A DNA stretch of 64,000 nt from positions 32,317-96,316 of IMG/VR virus record IMGVR_UViG_3300020048_000068; one strand, given 5' to 3'. Position numbers and translations under genes: made by a program. The stretch comes from a virus. Below are positions 52,022 through 59,941 of this stretch, piece after piece; the first letter of the stretch is position 1, and every line of letters begins with the position of its first letter. The notes below the pieces were generated by a model. The model made no database searches. It saw only the letters and a list, made by a program, of their open reading frames with translations, and had not been told where the DNA came from.

Positions 52022-52189
52022 TTATTTTAAAATTGCTTTACCAGTTTTAGGATCATAAATACAACTACGAAAATCACCATTTGTTTCTCTAAGTGCTTTC
52101 TTTATTGCTTTATCTTCTCCTTCTTTTTTAGTTAAATCTTTTTTTACTATGACTACAACTTTATTATGTTTATTTGATATTTTTTTCAT
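52022..52189 (-). CDS. Hypothetical 55-aa basic protein
   Basis: Not in the track; TAATG coupling; MKKISNKHNK..YDPKTGKAILK. Confidence 0.5.
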   Translation of the reverse strand: MKKISNKHNKVVVIVKKDLTKKEGEDKAIKKALRETNGDFRSCIYDPKTGKAILK

Positions 52190-52425
52190 TATTTAAATTT
52201 TTTATTAAGAGCATTAACCATCTCCTTATCAAATGGTACTGTTATTATTTCATTTTCAAATTCTAAATTAATATTACCTTTGTGAGTTTTATATGCGTAC
52301 CTAACATCATTAATATCAAACCAAAAAGTATCCCAAGTTTTAATTTCATCTGGTATTGGTATACCTATTTTATCAGCATATTCGATATCATCCAAATTAA
52401 TTACTACAACAGTTTTACTTATCAT
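52189..52425 (-). CDS. Hypothetical protein
   Basis: 78-aa ORF in a coupled run. Confidence 0.55.
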   Translation of the reverse strand: MISKTVVVINLDDIEYADKIGIPIPDEIKTWDTFWFDINDVRYAYKTHKGNINLEFENEIITVPFDKEMVNALNKKFK

Positions 52426-52664
52426 ACTACTTTAATTTCTCTAATTGTTCCTGAAAGTTTCTTACTAATTACTAATGAATACTTCTCAAACATCATACAA
52501 TATTTACCTAATTTAGTATCTAATTCAAGTGGTTTCTCTTTATAAAGAAACTCAAAGAATTTAGGTGATACATAAATAATAGGAAAAAGCTCTCCTTTAC
52601 CTCTACCATTATCTTTAAAATAAGTATTGAGTGTTTTTTGTACTTCTTGTGTATATGATTTCAT
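52422..52664 (-). CDS. Hypothetical protein
   Basis: 80-aa ORF in a coupled run. Confidence 0.55.
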   Translation of the reverse strand: MKSYTQEVQKTLNTYFKDNGRGKGELFPIIYVSPKFFEFLYKEKPLELDTKLGKYCMMFEKYSLVISKKLSGTIREIKVV

Positions 52665-52922
52665 TTAATCTTCTATTATTATTGTTATTCTTTTTCCTCT
52701 CTTAGTTTTTACATAAGGAACTTCATGTAAAGGTTCGTCTGCTTTGTAATCTAAATATACTGGTTCTTCTATATAATCCACAGTATCTATACGTATGGAA
52801 TTAATTTTATCATGAGGTGTACAATTTAAAGAATTAAAGAATTGATAAAGTTTTGGAAGATCCTTTCCACTTATTCTTTGATCTGGCATATAATATTTAT
52901 AATATTCTTCCATATTACACAT
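52665..52922 (-). CDS. Hypothetical protein
   Basis: 85-aa ORF in a coupled run. Confidence 0.5.
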   Translation of the reverse strand: MCNMEEYYKYYMPDQRISGKDLPKLYQFFNSLNCTPHDKINSIRIDTVDYIEEPVYLDYKADEPLHEVPYVKTKRGKRITIIIED

Positions 52923-52924
52923 GA

Positions 52925-53689
52925 TTAGAAAGTTGAAAATTGCATGTGCATATAATCATACCCTTTACATTCTCCAATATTAATAGCACCGTGTTTATTC
53001 CAAATATCCATCCAATCGGCGTACTCAGGAGTTGCAAATACAGCTTTATCTCTACCCCATTTAAGTTGATTATTTTCTGGGTTATAATCAAAAGCTATTC
53101 CGTATGAATGTGTACTTACCTCACTACCACCTCTCATTTTACGTGGTGGAGAAATGAAACCACCTCCAAATAGATCAAGACCAAGTTTATGTATTTCATC
53201 AATACCATAAGTAGATAATGTTTCTTCTAAGATAGTAGTATAAACATCACTTATCTTCTTATGACAACTTACTTTATTAACTACTTGTCTAGGATTCCAA
53301 GCAAGAATGTGTTTGAAAGGAACACTTACTGTAACTATGTTCTTACTTATATCACTCATTTTACCATAGAAAGATTCAATATTCTTATAAGATGGATATT
53401 CTGTTTTTAAATACGTTACGTTATTAGTTGTATCAGTACGAAAGTTAACAATCTTACCCGTCTTAATCTTCTCTTTAAACATATTATATGCAATATCAGT
53501 CTGTTCTCCCCATAGACCATCTACTTTACCAGCATTAAAATGCTGAGAGAGAAGAAAGGATTGTATTTGAGCAACATCTTGACGACTATTTATTATGTTT
53601 GGTATAATTGAAGGTGTATTTAACTTATTTAATTTCCAATAGTTATTGAAATAAACAACTGCTTCAAGTGCCTTTTCTTTGTAATTCAT
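52925..53689 (-). CDS. Endolysin: peptidoglycan-binding domain plus M15 peptidase
   Basis: IQSFL..GKVDGLWGEQT binding motif; R..STHSYGIAFD..DYMHMQ Zn ligands. Confidence 0.85.
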   Translation of the reverse strand: MNYKEKALEAVVYFNNYWKLNKLNTPSIIPNIINSRQDVAQIQSFLLSQHFNAGKVDGLWGEQTDIAYNMFKEKIKTGKIVNFRTDTTNNVTYLKTEYPSYKNIESFYGKMSDISKNIVTVSVPFKHILAWNPRQVVNKVSCHKKISDVYTTILEETLSTYGIDEIHKLGLDLFGGGFISPPRKMRGGSEVSTHSYGIAFDYNPENNQLKWGRDKAVFATPEYADWMDIWNKHGAINIGECKGYDYMHMQFSTF

Positions 53690-53704
53690 GTTAATTGATT
53701 TTTA

Positions 53705-53971
53705 TTAAAATTCTATTAAGAATAGTCTACTATTTATTTCTCTTAAACTTAAACACATAGTACTACCTTTTTCAATATTTTCTACAATAACAATATTTTC
53801 ATTATTAAATTGTACTACATATAATTGTTTATGTTCTGTTATTTTTTCCCACTTATCATCTTCATTATTTCTATCTAAGAGAACAAGTAAAGGATAATAA
53901 TCACTAAATTCTTTATATAAAAAAGTACCTACGGATATTTCTTTCAGTGAACGTATATACTTATAGTTCAT
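53705..53971 (-). CDS. Hypothetical protein
   Basis: 88-aa ORF. Confidence 0.5.
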   Translation of the reverse strand: MNYKYIRSLKEISVGTFLYKEFSDYYPLLVLLDRNNEDDKWEKITEHKQLYVVQFNNENIVIVENIEKGSTMCLSLREINSRLFLIEF

Positions 53972-54245
53972 TTTCGTATTTGTCTATCATTTTTATAATT
54001 CTAATATATTCTTTTTCTGGTATTACATTCTTTTCAAGGAATACATTCATATCTTTTCTTATTCTTCTTACACTTCCAGGAAACACTTTAAATGTACCTA
54101 AATTCTTTATTCTTACCTCTTCTAAATTACCTTCTTTAAATGTTTCTTTAACATTAGTAAAAAGATGTTTAGATATTTTTATGAAGTGTTCTTTAGATAA
54201 GTCTGGAAACTTGTCTTTATTTAATTCATAAAATTCATTAAGCAT
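53961..54245 (-). CDS. IHF/HU-like protein
   Basis: EEVRIKNLGTFKV histone-like motif. Confidence 0.7.
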   Translation of the reverse strand: MLNEFYELNKDKFPDLSKEHFIKISKHLFTNVKETFKEGNLEEVRIKNLGTFKVFPGSVRRIRKDMNVFLEKNVIPEKEYIRIIKMIDKYENEL

Positions 54246-54362
54246 TAGACGATATTCTCAATTTTAAATTTTATCTCAGAACTATCATTTCTTCTTTAGA
54301 TACACTTTCAATACCAAATAACTTACGTCCTATTATTTCAGCAAGTGGATGTGATGTGTTAT

Positions 54363-54716
54363 TCATTTCATTATTAATTTAATAAGATAAACTTGTTCTA
54401 TCTTACCCGGAAAAAGAATAGGTAGAAGATTAAGAACATTCTCTCTTTCCTTTAAAAATCCTTTAGTAGTAAGATTAATAATATAATTAGAAAGAGACTG
54501 ATGTGAAAGAGAAAGTTTATCTCTTACTATCTTTCTACCTGTAGTACAGAAAGGATTTTCAGCAAGTGTACCTGTGAAGGACATGAATATAGAGAGGATT
54601 TCAATTTCTTTTGGTGATAATTTAATAGGTAAAATAGGATTAATAAGTTCCATATGAACCTTATAATAAGTATCAGGTGGAAGACTTAAAGTCTTGCTTA
54701 TTGTTGTTGATGTCAT
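54363..54716 (-). CDS. Winged-helix DNA-binding protein
   Basis: LSPKEIEIL..RKIVRDKLSLSHQSLSNYIINLTTKGFL; first gene of the minus-strand module. Confidence 0.7.
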   Translation of the reverse strand: MTSTTISKTLSLPPDTYYKVHMELINPILPIKLSPKEIEILSIFMSFTGTLAENPFCTTGRKIVRDKLSLSHQSLSNYIINLTTKGFLKERENVLNLLPILFPGKIEQVYLIKLIMK

Positions 54717-54751
54717 ATATTCATATTAAAATTTACTTTGTTACATATGGT

Positions 54752-54786
54752 AATTTACAATAATAAAATTGAAATGCAAATGTTTT
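54752..54786 (-). promoter_or_regulatory. Sigma70-like promoter candidate for the minus-strand module
   Basis: AAAAACAT-TTGCAT-N16-TAAATT; a similar element lies at 56274-56309 on +. Confidence 0.35.
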
Positions 54787-54861
54787 TATAAGAATAATGT
54801 ATGTAGGATGCTTTTCTAAAATTTTTTTATAAAATTTGTGAGGAGGGTATTTCTATTATCC

Positions 54862-54885
54862 TAAAATTTTTTATAAAAAATTTTA
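54862..54885. repeat. Perfect 24-bp palindrome at the strand switch
   Basis: TAAAATTTTTTATAAAAAATTTTA; a degenerate copy sits at ~54817-54837, and both are followed by TGTGAGGA. Confidence 0.7.
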
Positions 54886-55052
54886 TAATAATTGTGTGAG
54901 GATGGATGTACCCCGTTACACACTCTCTCATTTTCAGCACTAACAACTACCCCGGGTATCATCTCAAAACACCTTTTTATTGCCACAAATATAAAACGAT
55001 TACACACTCTCTTATTCTTAGCAATTTATCTTTTAACTTAAATCATACTATC

Positions 55053-55217
55053 ATGAAAAAAACTGTTGCTAACATCAAACTCAATGGCTCACGCTTCTAT
55101 AATACACGTGAGGGTTTCAAAAGTTTCAAGACTGGTCAGATATACAGTATTGAGACAATGCGTGTTATGTGGTTGGCTTGCGCTCCTGATAAGAGACAGA
55201 TAGTCTGGAAATACTAA
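55053..55217 (+). CDS. 54-aa early protein
   Basis: Start MKKTVANIK at 55053, downstream of the repeat box; the longer track ORF runs through regulatory DNA. Confidence 0.6.
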   Translation: MKKTVANIKLNGSRFYNTREGFKSFKTGQIYSIETMRVMWLACAPDKRQIVWKY

Positions 55218-55221
55218 CACA

Positions 55222-55250
55222 ATAGGGAGAGCTGTAATGGCTCTCCTTAT
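55222..55250 (+). other. Hairpin A (12-bp stem, GTAAT loop, followed by ACCA)
   Basis: ATAGGGAGAGCT-GTAAT-GGCTCTCCTTAT. Confidence 0.7.
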
Positions 55251-55301
55251 ACCACCAAATCTAATTTCTGTATCTTCTTCTTCAACTTAAATTGTACTAT
55301 T

Positions 55302-55523
55302 ATGCCAGTATTTAAATCATTGTTTGACGAGTATGGTAATCCTGATATGTATGGAAAGGATATTAGTATGGAAATGATGTATGCTATTCGTAAAATTTTG
55401 TCTAATGCAGGAGATACTCATCCTCTTAATATCAATGAAATAGAACACATACTACATTCAGAGGTATCAGTAGCTTGTGCTGATGCAAGAATCAAAGCAC
55501 AACGTAAAATGCGTAGTATGTAA
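55302..55523 (+). CDS. Hypothetical early protein
   Basis: 73-aa ORF flanked by the twin hairpins. Confidence 0.6.
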   Translation: MPVFKSLFDEYGNPDMYGKDISMEMMYAIRKILSNAGDTHPLNINEIEHILHSEVSVACADARIKAQRKMRSM

Positions 55524-55530
55524 TTAACTA

Positions 55531-55559
55531 ATAAGAAGAGTCGTAATGGCTCTTCTTAT
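55531..55559 (+). other. Hairpin B (12-bp stem, GTAAT loop, followed by ACCA)
   Basis: ATAAGAAGAGTC-GTAAT-GGCTCTTCTTAT; covaries with hairpin A. Confidence 0.7.
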
Positions 55560-55644
55560 ACCATTAATCCAATACACTATTACACACTCTCTCATTTTCG
55601 GCAATCAATGCCATTTTCCTAAATCATTTTAAACAACAATTACC

Positions 55645-56181
55645 ATGAACATTTCATACGCTCCTGTTATTGTCGAAAAGTTTGTATCTGGCGACTTTGA
55701 AGTTGCAGGTTTCAAGACAGTTCTTCTTACACAGATGGTTACCAAGTATTACGGTGGTGAACCAAATCTTCTGTTTCCTGAAAGCCCTGTTGGCAAGCCA
55801 TACACCAGCAAGAGGACTTTCTTGATGAAGAATTTACCTGAAGCAGCAACGATTGCTATGATACAGGCTCGTGTACCCAAGACTGCAATGATTAGTGAGA
55901 CTATCTCACATAGTCCTATTATCTCCGATAACTTGCAGTACGCTATCGACAAAGGCAATACAACTGTTGATAAGATTAAGTCTCGTCAAATAGTACAAGC
56001 TGTTGACAAAGTTACTGGCGAACTTGTCATTATACTTGACAAGAAGAATCTTAAGCCAATGTACAGGCTTACAGAGTTCAACATGAGTCCAACCGAGGAC
56101 ACTGACCTGCGCACCTATACTCCGGCTGAACTGGCAGCATTTGAATTGCGTAAGGCATCAGCAGTTGAACAGGATATCTAA
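55645..56181 (+). CDS. Early protein of unknown function, probably highly expressed
   Basis: 178 aa with noticeably GC-richer codons (AAG, GAC, CTG); own repeat box upstream and GGGAGA-GCAA-TCTCCC hairpin downstream (~56198-56213). Confidence 0.75.
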   Translation: MNISYAPVIVEKFVSGDFEVAGFKTVLLTQMVTKYYGGEPNLLFPESPVGKPYTSKRTFLMKNLPEAATIAMIQARVPKTAMISETISHSPIISDNLQYAIDKGNTTVDKIKSRQIVQAVDKVTGELVIILDKKNLKPMYRLTEFNMSPTEDTDLRTYTPAELAAFELRKASAVEQDI

Positions 56182-56273
56182 CAAGGAATTAATTGATGGG
56201 GAGAGCAATCTCCCTATTAATTAACGCTATTTGATATTAATTTATTTTAGTCATTTTTATGTGTTTATTTTTC

Positions 56274-56309
56274 AAAAACACTTGCGTATGTCTGGAATTT
56301 TCTTATTTT
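56274..56309 (+). promoter_or_regulatory. Sigma70-like promoter candidate
   Basis: AAAAACAC-TTGCGT-N16-TATTTT. Confidence 0.35.
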
Positions 56310-56557
56310 TAATCTATTTGATTTAACAAATCGATAGATGACTTTGAAAATTGTAAAGAATTTCTTTCTTTTCTCTCTTTCCCCCTTTCTCTCTTTTCTT
56401 TCTTTGTAGGTTTAAAAAGTCTATTTGAGTTAAAGAAAACTTTAAGTGAAAGGGGTTAAGTTGTTTGATTATATAGACATAACCCAATCCCCCCATTATC
56501 TCCTCAATTCTAATCATCTCAATTTCCATACTTACCATAACTATAGCTTAATTTATC

Positions 56558-56848
56558 ATGAACAACAAAAGTGATTTATTAAAACACATTAAACATGTTA
56601 ACTCAACAATTAAATGTGTTATTATCAAATTCAATAATTCTGATAATAAGATTACATTACCTATTAATTTTCATACAATAATTGATAAGTATTCTGACTT
56701 CATATCAGAATTAGGTGATATGAATGACGATATTGATTATGGTACCATTTGGTTTAATAATGGTAGTTACTCAATATATAGTTATTCTGACTATGGCCAA
56801 GGATGGATTAATTATTCTATCCCTTCTATACCTACGGAACTTTTGTAG
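56558..56848 (+). CDS. Hypothetical protein
   Basis: 96 aa; GTIWFNNGSY..GW..P motif seen in small phage proteins. Confidence 0.6.
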   Translation: MNNKSDLLKHIKHVNSTIKCVIIKFNNSDNKITLPINFHTIIDKYSDFISELGDMNDDIDYGTIWFNNGSYSIYSYSDYGQGWINYSIPSIPTELL

Positions 56849-56860
56849 GTTAATTGAAAT

Positions 56861-57034
56861 TGTGGTATAGCTATCTACACTGATAATGTATGATAGAGAA
56901 ACCTCCACTGATGTCTATATCACCTATTTATCAGATAGGGTTCTAATAGGTGAGTATCATAAATACTCTCATAATAAGATTCGTCTTATTATATTTGGAT
57001 ATAGACATAAATCATTGCGTATGTAGTTTCCACA
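56861..57034 (+). ncRNA. Structured intergenic RNA (nested multi-stem)
   Basis: 11-bp perfect stem 56911-21/56998-57008 enclosing three hairpins, one with a TTCG loop; outer pairings ATGAT/ATCAT, CTACA/TGTAG, TGTGG/CCACA. Confidence 0.6.
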
Positions 57035-57137
57035 TCCTCCAATAAGGATAGCAATAAAAGCTAATACATGTATTAGCACAAAAACTACAATTGGCTCTGT
57101 AGTATTTTTATTTTTGTTTTATTAATATTATTAAATC

Positions 57138-57338
57138 ATGATTGAGTTATCAATAGTACGAACTCCTTATGCTGTAAACTGTCCTACTCATGGTTCAGTA
57201 TACATGACAAAAGATTTTTATCAAGAACAATTACATTTACCAAATAACAAATGGATTTGCCCTATATGTAAAGAAGATAGTTGGTGGGATGACAACAATT
57301 ATGAAACATTTTATGATAATATAATTTACTCTACATGA
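57138..57338 (+). CDS. Small zinc-finger protein
   Basis: CPTHG...CPIC. Confidence 0.6.
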   Translation: MIELSIVRTPYAVNCPTHGSVYMTKDFYQEQLHLPNNKWICPICKEDSWWDDNNYETFYDNIIYST

Positions 57339-57595
57339 AAAAGAAGAAATACACTAACGATAATAAATCAATATATCATCCTGATTTATCAATCGTTGCT
57401 ATCAGATTTACAGTTACTATTTACTGGTTTGAATATCTCAATATCAAACCTATTTACTTAATTCCATTCAATACTTGTAAAGATTTAAGAATAGCATTTA
57501 AGACTGATATGGAAGGTACATTTTTAACTCTTAAAAGATTACCTAATGTGGGTGATAAGACTATTTGGAATCTTTACAACTTCATAAATCAATAA
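57335..57595 (+). CDS. Hypothetical protein with C-terminal helix-hairpin-helix-like motif
   Basis: LKRLPNVGDKT. Confidence 0.5.
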   Translation: MKKKKYTNDNKSIYHPDLSIVAIRFTVTIYWFEYLNIKPIYLIPFNTCKDLRIAFKTDMEGTFLTLKRLPNVGDKTIWNLYNFINQ

Positions 57596-57596
57596 T

Positions 57597-57977
57597 ATGA
57601 AAAAAATATTCATTTCTTTTATTCTACTATTTACATTATCATACTTAAATGTAAATGGGGAGGTTCGCTATAAATTTATTAGTAAAAATAATAATATTAC
57701 ATGTTTAGTAGATTTAAACAGTATTGTAAATAATAATGTTTATAAAACAATAGACCTTTATTATAAATATGATACTCTACAATATAGTAATAATGCAAAT
57801 GATTATTATGATACACTTATTACTCGTATGTATCTAAATACTATAAATGGTAGTTATATAATCTGCCCTACAGCTTTTAGAAAGAATGGTAACATTATAT
57901 ATATCATAAAAGAACCAATACAAAGTAATCTTATAACAGATAACTTAGAATTGTTTATAACACTTACATCTTTGTAG
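57597..57977 (+). CDS. Secreted/periplasmic hypothetical protein
   Basis: MKKIFISFILLFTLSYLNVNG signal peptide. Confidence 0.6.
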   Translation: MKKIFISFILLFTLSYLNVNGEVRYKFISKNNNITCLVDLNSIVNNNVYKTIDLYYKYDTLQYSNNANDYYDTLITRMYLNTINGSYIICPTAFRKNGNIIYIIKEPIQSNLITDNLELFITLTSL

Positions 57978-57987
57978 ATAATAATTT

Positions 57988-58159
57988 AAATAGCAGTGTA
58001 GCAAGTTCTAATACTGTATGTGATATGACGGATATAATCCATATCTAACCACATATTAAATTGTTATTTCTTTAAAAAGACATAAGTTTATAAACGGTGC
58101 TTTTCATTGTTGGGTTTTACCTCGGCATCTGCGTTTGTAGGTGGACTTATGTCTTTTTA
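57988..58159 (+). ncRNA. Two adjacent structured RNA elements
   Basis: Stems 57988-97/58060-69 and 58073-88/58144-59 with nested inner helices and G-U pairs. Confidence 0.5.
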
Positions 58160-58382
58160 TTTTATAAGAGAAACTTACTATAAATATGTATAAATTAACT
58201 AATTTAAATAATACACTTATGTTCTGGCTATTAGTTAGTATTGGTCTTTATAACATAGGTAAGAATGCTCCTTATCTATATAAAGAAATGAAAGAATTGT
58301 TCAATTAAAGTTTAGTATGAGGTACTTTTAATTATTCTCACTAGAGGGGAGAATCCTTTAATTGGATAAAACGTTTTTAAAT

Positions 58383-58459
58383 ACAGGAATATTCCCTCGA
58401 TCTTATACATCGTAGAAAGGATAATTGGTCACATGTGGGTTCAAATCCCACTTCCTGTA
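58383..58459 (+). tRNA. Non-canonical D-armless tRNA-like RNA, anticodon TAT (Ile)
   Basis: Acceptor ACAGGAA/TTCCTGT; T-arm GTGGG-TTCAAAT-CCCAC; anticodon arm CGAT-CTTATAC-ATCG; no D-arm. Confidence 0.6.
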
Positions 58460-58489
58460 CAAATAACATTAACTTAAATTAAAATAATT

Positions 58490-58693
58490 ATGATATTACG
58501 TAAAACTAATTTAGGTTGGCAATTAGCATTATATGATATTATTCTACCAATGAAATTTGAAAATAAATTAACTGGGGAAATTGCAAAGACTATGAAATTA
58601 GAAGATTTACTATTTATCTATTCAGAAGTATTAAATAGCGGCAGGAAACTTATTTCAAAACTTGATTTAATAAAAGCATATAATATAAGCTAA
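58490..58693 (+). CDS. Hypothetical protein
   Basis: 67-aa ORF. Confidence 0.5.
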   Translation: MILRKTNLGWQLALYDIILPMKFENKLTGEIAKTMKLEDLLFIYSEVLNSGRKLISKLDLIKAYNIS

Positions 58694-58699
58694 TAAAAT

Positions 58700-58849
58700 A
58701 TGAATAATATAGTTAAAGCATTAATATGTACATTTATTGGGTTTGTGATACTATTTTCTAATGTAGTTATATCTAATAATATGATATATGCAGCAATTTG
58801 TTTTTCGACAAGTATTATTTTAATTGGCATGACAAAAATCCATAAATAA
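58700..58849 (+). CDS. 49-aa two-TM membrane protein
   Basis: Not in the track; MNNIVKALICTFIGFVILFS..AAICFSTSIILIGMTKIHK. Confidence 0.45.
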   Translation: MNNIVKALICTFIGFVILFSNVVISNNMIYAAICFSTSIILIGMTKIHK

Positions 58850-58903
58850 TGGAAGAACAATCTATTGATTTTAATAAGATTATAACTTTAAAATAATTAA
58901 ATA

Positions 58904-59563
58904 ATGAATAAAACATTAACTATTTCGTTAAAAGAAGCCCGAAAACTTTATTCTAATGGTGGGGAAGATATTAAAAATCTTCTCCTTAATTCGTTTACTA
59001 TAGAAGAACTCGTTTCTTTTACTCCCAAGGAGTGGAACAATTATGTAAAAGTGAGTATGGATGGTAAAATCTTCTTTATTAGTAAATACTTAGTTACACA
59101 AAAAGATTGGTATAATATCATGGGTACTAATCCAAGTCACTTTGAAGGTAATAACAAACCAGTAGAAAACGTTTCCTATAATGATATCGTGATCTTCATT
59201 AAGAAACTAAATATATTTATTGATAAAGAACAATATCGTTTGCCGACAGAAGAAGAATGGCAATATTGTGCAGAATGTGGAAGCGGAATTAAATATACTG
59301 CAAACGAAGAAAATGCTATATTTGATATTTATAATACAGAAAATGTAGGACAAAAGAAACCCAATGATTGGGGGTTATATGATATGCTTGGTAACGTATG
59401 GGAGTGGACAGATAGTTGGTATGACAGTTCGAACCGCGTGATTCGTGGCGGGAGCTGGTGCAACAATGCCGAGAACTGTCGGTCGGCTATTCGGAACAGC
59501 AACTCCCCCGACTACCGGAGCAGCAATTTTGGCTTCCGCCTTATAATGAATCCTTATTCTTAA
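58904..59563 (+). CDS. FGE-sulfatase (SUMF1)/CLec-fold protein, DGR-target type
   Basis: KYLVTQ..PVENVSY..YRLPTEEEWQY..PNDWGLYDMLGNVWEW..RVIRGGSW..CRSAIR..FGFRL. Confidence 0.9.
   Translation: MNKTLTISLKEARKLYSNGGEDIKNLLLNSFTIEELVSFTPKEWNNYVKVSMDGKIFFISKYLVTQKDWYNIMGTNPSHFEGNNKPVENVSYNDIVIFIKKLNIFIDKEQYRLPTEEEWQYCAECGSGIKYTANEENAIFDIYNTENVGQKKPNDWGLYDMLGNVWEWTDSWYDSSNRVIRGGSWCNNAENCRSAIRNSNSPDYRSSNFGFRLIMNPYS
59429..59542 (+). other. DGR-type variable region VR2
   Basis: 38 codons, 67/114 nt GC (59%) in an otherwise AT-rich gene; no codon ends in A; AAC/AAT codons alternate with AAY-derivable codons (ATT, TGC, AGC, TAC, TTT). Confidence 0.8.
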
Positions 59564-59585
59564 TTAATAATTAATTTATCTTATC

Positions 59586-59786
59586 ATGAATAATTCTTAT
59601 GAAATTAGTTACACAGGTAAATGTAAAAATGAGTATAACTTTGAAATTAAAGAGTTAACTGAAGAAGAATTATCTTCTTATATTGATTCATTAAAATTAA
59701 AAGGAGTTATTAGTATAGAAGTTTATTCTGATACAGAATTAGTTTACTTACATGGTGAATTTACTGATTATCAATTAACTGATTAA
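59586..59786 (+). CDS. Hypothetical acidic protein
   Basis: 66-aa ORF. Confidence 0.5.
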   Translation: MNNSYEISYTGKCKNEYNFEIKELTEEELSSYIDSLKLKGVISIEVYSDTELVYLHGEFTDYQLTD

Positions 59787-59941
59787 AAACATAACAATTA
59801 TATTACAAGAGAATGAAAAAATAGTATATCATCCAATTACAGGTAATATACTAATAGAATCTGATTATAGGAAGTATGAAGATTCTGATGGAACAATATT
59901 TATTAATTTAGGTAACTGTAATCAACTAATAACTAATTCCC

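Larger units (their letters stand above)
54916..55604 (+). promoter_or_regulatory. Three copies of a ~24-bp box beginning TTACACACTCTCT (candidate early/vRNAP promoter)
   Basis: Copies at 54916-54939, 55000-55024 and 55580-55604; the last two lie ~30-40 nt before ATGs. Confidence 0.6.

Noticed and set aside
54906-55052. 5' extension of the 103-aa ORF
   Set aside because: It runs through two copies of the repeat box (giving the repeated THSLI peptide); the ATG at 55053 has a typical AT-rich leader.
54916-55604. Repeat boxes or twin hairpins as a mini-CRISPR array
   Set aside because: Spacing is irregular (84 and 580 nt) with genes in between, and there are no cas genes; the PD-(D/E)XK nuclease is an ordinary stand-alone phage gene.
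32161-59542. The two GC-rich patches as a TR/VR pair of one DGR
   Set aside because: No alignable DNA beyond GGxW; both are in-frame at gene ends and both carry already-mutated codons. No RT-like ORF was seen in the window.
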